A stretch of DNA of 64,000 nt, from contig CAWGOZ010000004.1 of NCBI GenBank assembly GCA_963824345.1, positions 114,199-178,198 of the forward strand, read 5' to 3'. Below, one piece after another: positions 60,587 through 64,000 of this stretch; within the stretch, counting starts at the first letter, position 1, and every line of letters starts with the position of its first letter. The DNA comes from Bryobacterales bacterium (GTDB lineage Bacteria; Acidobacteriota; Terriglobia; Bryobacterales; Bryobacteraceae). The notes beneath the pieces are model-generated. The model saw only the letters and a program-made list of their open reading frames with translations. It had not been told where the DNA came from and did not search any database. Made by a program: the position numbers and the translations under genes.

Positions 60587-60799
60587 GGCCGAGACACAGC
60601 GCGGAATATCCGTAAGTCGTTCGGAAGGGGGCAGCGGCTGTCTAGCAATGTGACAGTGAACCCACTCCATCGGATCAGAAGCGGTGAGAGGGAGACTGCC
60701 GGTCAACAGTTCGTAAAGCGTGACGCCAAAGGCGTAAAGGTCGCTACGCGAATCGATCGAACGATTCATTCTTCCCGTTTGAGGCACCACATACACTAC
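60575..60799 (-). pseudogene. C-lobe stub of a Ser/Thr protein kinase (large kinase/ATPase/sensor family)
   Basis: 'VVPQTGRMNRSIDSRSDLYAFGVTLYELLTGSLPLTASDPMEWVHCHIARQPLPPSERL' resembles subdomains VIII-XI. There is no N-lobe. Confidence 0.55.
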
Positions 60800-60808
60800 A
60801 AGCGGACG

Positions 60809-60861
60809 GAGCGGAGGACAAGGCACTGCTGGGAAGCAACCTGAGCGCCGACTCCGGGGCC
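60809..60861 (-). repeat. 53-nt repeat, copy Y (inverted partner of 58322-58374)
   Basis: See copy X; 46/53 identical by hand alignment. Confidence 0.75.
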
Positions 60862-61153
60862 AAGACCAGGCTGGGGCCGGTTTCAAGCTGAGCTGAGCCC
60901 CAGCAAAAAACAATCAACTGGGATTGGCATCAACCGAACATTCGATCCAGGCCGGGGGGACCGTCGAGTCGGTGACCCCGGGGGTCAGGTTGCTGATCGA
61001 GGCCATCCGGCGGATTGATGGATACGACGAAGCTAAAGAGGCCGCCGCCGGGGAACTCGTGAAAACGTAAGCAGCCTGCTCTAACCGCGGAATCGCGGCT
61101 TATCGGAAAAATACCGGGAAATCATATTTAGGCGGCAAGGGACGATATGAACT

Positions 61154-63397
61154 GTGGAGGGGAATGTTCGTCTGGCGCGATTTCGCCGCGCGCAAGCATC
61201 CCCCGCTGAGGGACAGCTGATGATCCGATTGCCGGGAAACGGCTCCAAGACAGGGGGCTCGGGGCCGCTGCTGATGACGGCCGCGGCCACAGCCATGGCC
61301 GCCCTTGCTCTGTTGGGTTGGATCCTGGCAAGATCGAGCGCCCAGCATGGCGTGGCACTAGCCATTGGCGGCACGGCCTCTTCTCTGCTTCTGGTTTCCC
61401 TGCCGTGCTGGTTAGTTTACCGGGCCGCCACGGCTCGCGCTCGGCCCGAGGGCGCGCTGCGTGACAGCGAGGAGAGGTTCCGCCTGTTTGTGGAAGGCGT
61501 GCATGAATACGCGATCATATTGCTCGACCCCCAAGGAAACGTGATCAGTTGGAACGCGGGCGCCGAGCGAATCAAGGGATACAAGGCCGAAGAAATCATC
61601 GGGCGGCCGTTCTCGACGTTTTATACGCCCGAGGAAGTCGCCACGGGCAACCCGGCCATGGAGCTGAGGCTGGCGGCGGAACAAGGCAGTTGGGAGGGTT
61701 TTGGCTGGCGTGTGCGCGCCGATGGGACGCGGTTCTGGGCGAACGTCCTGATCACCGCCTTGAAAGACGGCGCCGGGAATCTGCGCGGGTATTCCAAACT
61801 GACGCGCGATATCACCGAACGCAAGCAGGCCGAAGAAGCGCTTCAGGCGGGAGCGCTGCAAACCGCGATCTTCAACAGCGCCAATTTCTCCAGTATCGCC
61901 ACCGACGCGAAGGGCATCATCCAGATCTTCAACGTCGGCGCCGAGCGCATGCTGGGCTACACGGCCGCCGAAGTGATGAACAAGATCACGCCGGCCGACA
62001 TTTCCGATTCGCAGGAGATCATAGCACGCGCCGAAGCATTGAGCCTCGAACGTGGAACCCCGATTGCCCCTGGCTTTGAGGCATTGGTGTTCAAGGCCTC
62101 GCGCGGTATTGAAGACATCTATGAATTGACCTACGTTCGCAAGGACGGCAGCCGTTTCCCGGCAGTAGTGTCGGTTACGGCGTTGCGCGACGCGCAGGAC
62201 TCCATCATCGGCTATCTGCTGATCGGCACCGACAATACCGCGCGCCAGCAGGCAGACGAGGCTCTGCGAAAGAACCAGGCCCAGCTCCGCACGATTATCG
62301 AAAACCTCGACGAGGGCGTGCTCGTCTCCGATCTCGAGGGTGAATTGCTGCATTCCAACCACGCTGCGCGGGAGTTGCGCGGGACTGCCAGTTTGGACGA
62401 AAGCCGCAGCCACCTGGGCGGGTTCGGCGACACGTTTGAACTTTCGGGCCTAGACGGCACGGTTTTGCCGAGGGATGAATGGCCATTGGCGCGCATCCTG
62501 CGTGGCGAGAAGCTGCGCAGCGTCGAGGTGCGTATCCGGCGAATCCAGGGCGACTGGCAGCGGGTCTTTAGTTACGGCGGCACTCTCGTCCGGGACGCGG
62601 ACGGCCAGCCGCTGATGGCGGTGGTCACCTTCAGCGACATCACCGAACGTAGGAGGGCCGCGGACGTGATCGACCAACTCAACACCGACCTGGAGCGGCG
62701 AGTTGTCGAACGCACGGCGCAACTGCAAACCGCCAATAGGGAATTGGAAGCCTTCTGCTACTCGGTGTCGCACGATCTGCGTGCTCCGCTTCGCAGTCTC
62801 GATGGATTCAGCCAAGCCCTGTTGGAGGACTACAGCGACAAGCTTGACGCCCAGGGCCAGAACTATCTTGGTCGCATACGCGCCGGCAGCCAGCGGATGG
62901 GACAACTGATAGACGATTTGTTGAATCTGTCGCGTATCTCCCGCAGTGAGATGAGCCGGGAATTGGTCGATCTGAGCAAGATGGCTCATGAAGTGGCCGA
63001 CGAATTGCGAGCTGCCGAGCCACAGCGCGATGCTGAATTCGTGGTTGCCGATGGTCTCATTGCCAGAACGGACCCGCGCCTGTTGCGGATCGTGCTGACC
63101 AATTTGTTCGGCAATGCCTGGAAGTTCACCGCCAAACAACCACATGCCCGCATTGAATTTGGCTCTACTGGAGAGAACGTCGGCAAGGAGTACTTCATGC
63201 AAGATAACGGCGCGGGCTTCGACCAGGCGTACTCCAGCAAGTTGTTCGGGGTCTTTCAGCGCCTGCACGCGGCTAGCGATTTCCCGGGAACGGGAATTGG
63301 CCTGGCGACCGTTCAACGCATCATCCAGCGCCAGGGCGGCCGGGTATGGGCTGAAGGGAAAGTCGGGCAAGGCGCAACGTTTCATTTCACGCTATGA
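61154..63397 (+). CDS. membrane-anchored multi-PAS sensor histidine kinase
   Basis: Two TM segments and three PAS-like modules ('ERFRLFVEG..', 'AIFNSANFSSIATD', 'LRTIIENLDEGVLV'). HisKA 'FCYSVSHDLRAPLRSL'; HATPase 'NLFGNAWKF', 'DNGAGFD', 'GTGIGLA'. The start could be the ATG at 61220. Confidence 0.85.
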   Translation: MEGNVRLARFRRAQASPAEGQLMIRLPGNGSKTGGSGPLLMTAAATAMAALALLGWILARSSAQHGVALAIGGTASSLLLVSLPCWLVYRAATARARPEGALRDSEERFRLFVEGVHEYAIILLDPQGNVISWNAGAERIKGYKAEEIIGRPFSTFYTPEEVATGNPAMELRLAAEQGSWEGFGWRVRADGTRFWANVLITALKDGAGNLRGYSKLTRDITERKQAEEALQAGALQTAIFNSANFSSIATDAKGIIQIFNVGAERMLGYTAAEVMNKITPADISDSQEIIARAEALSLERGTPIAPGFEALVFKASRGIEDIYELTYVRKDGSRFPAVVSVTALRDAQDSIIGYLLIGTDNTARQQADEALRKNQAQLRTIIENLDEGVLVSDLEGELLHSNHAARELRGTASLDESRSHLGGFGDTFELSGLDGTVLPRDEWPLARILRGEKLRSVEVRIRRIQGDWQRVFSYGGTLVRDADGQPLMAVVTFSDITERRRAADVIDQLNTDLERRVVERTAQLQTANRELEAFCYSVSHDLRAPLRSLDGFSQALLEDYSDKLDAQGQNYLGRIRAGSQRMGQLIDDLLNLSRISRSEMSRELVDLSKMAHEVADELRAAEPQRDAEFVVADGLIARTDPRLLRIVLTNLFGNAWKFTAKQPHARIEFGSTGENVGKEYFMQDNGAGFDQAYSSKLFGVFQRLHAASDFPGTGIGLATVQRIIQRQGGRVWAEGKVGQGATFHFTL

Positions 63398-63459
63398 AAC
63401 ACGCAAAGAGCCACAGGGTATTTACTCTTGTGCAGTGATCGCAACAGCAAGGAATTTAT

Positions 63460-63895
63460 ATGCTCGAAAAGACTATTCTTCTTGTAGAAGACAACGCCGA
63501 TGACGAAGAACTCACCATCCGGGCGCTGAAGAAAAACAATGTAACGAACAACCTCGTGGTTGCGCGCGACGGAGTGGAAGCGCTGGATTACCTGTTCGGA
63601 ACCGGCGCTTACGCCGGGCGAGACACCGGCGGTGCTCCCTGGGTTAGTTCTGCTTGATTTGAAACTGCCCAAGATCGACGGGCTCGAGGTGCTTCGGCGC
63701 ATTCGCGCCGACGAACGGACCCGGCGAATGCCGGTGACTGTGTTGACCAGCTCCAAGGAAGAGCAGGACATCATCAAGAGTTACGATCTGGGCGCCAACA
63801 GCTACATCCGCAAACCGGTGGACTTCAATCAATTCACCGAGGCGGTTCGGCAACTGGGACTGTACTGGCTCATGCTCAACGAGGTGCCCCCATGA
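63460..63895 (+). pseudogene. CheY-like response regulator (receiver only) with a +1 frameshift near 63628
   Basis: '[51 protein letters not shown]' in frame 1. '[27 protein letters not shown]...[12 protein letters not shown]...[12 protein letters not shown]' in frame 2. Confidence 0.8.
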
Positions 63896-64000
63896 TAGAC
63901 CACGCCAGCGACAATATGCCCGGTAAGCTGCGCGTTCTGATCGTGGAAGACTCCGAGGACGACGCCGCGTTGCTATTGCTGGAACTGCGGCGTGGGCGAT
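63892..64000 (+). CDS. response regulator receiver domain, 5' part (runs off the window)
   Basis: '[24 protein letters not shown]'; ATGA overlap with the previous gene. Confidence 0.6.
   Translation, partial: MIDHASDNMPGKLRVLIVEDSEDDAALLLLELRRGR

Larger units (their letters stand above)
51726..61080. mobile_element. decaying integrated element / insertion hotspot (boundaries approximate)
   Basis: Contains a DUF2924 plus serine recombinase module, DUF3489 twice, four transposase fragments, many unrelated gene stubs, repeats and lower-GC patches. It lies between intact chromosomal operons. Confidence 0.55.

Overview
About 60% G+C bacterial chromosome segment. Gene content (PEP-CTERM and YXWGXW proteins, GT39, TPR and DinB proteins, NAD-dependent formate dehydrogenase) suggests Acidobacteriota/Terriglobia, by inference only. 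All calls come from reading the ORF translations and DNA by eye; no searches were run. Positions 1-51.7 kb are mostly housekeeping and accessory operons: thpR-plsY-gpsA; fur-katG-mpg; a HigBA toxin-antitoxin pair; sulfite reductase-GT39-PQQ dehydrogenase; an ANL ligase-ACP-LpxL-like acyltransferase cassette; fdsGBAD; a split LigD (polymerase plus ligase) NHEJ pair; two ABC-2 exporters, one with HlyD, TolC and TetR; and an ArsR-SRPBCC-DUF1801 trio. Positions 51.7-61.1 kb look like a decaying integrated element. It holds a phased repeat array, DUF2924 plus a truncated large serine recombinase, duplicated DUF3489 modules, IS481/IS256/rve transposase stubs, many unrelated gene stubs, tRNA-3'-end-like direct repeats and one intact lower-GC orphan ORF. 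The window ends with a PAS histidine kinase and response regulators. Several conserved genes (katG twice, a rimI-like gene, a response regulator, the recombinase) are broken by single-base frameshifts, and three chromosomal genes survive only as collinear remnants. No CRISPR array, rRNA or complete tRNA was found. The best candidates for something new are the phased GCGTYA array and element module, the orphan ORF in the stub mosaic, and the acyl-activation/acyltransferase cassette bracketed by a NIPSNAP gene and a duplicated fragment of it.
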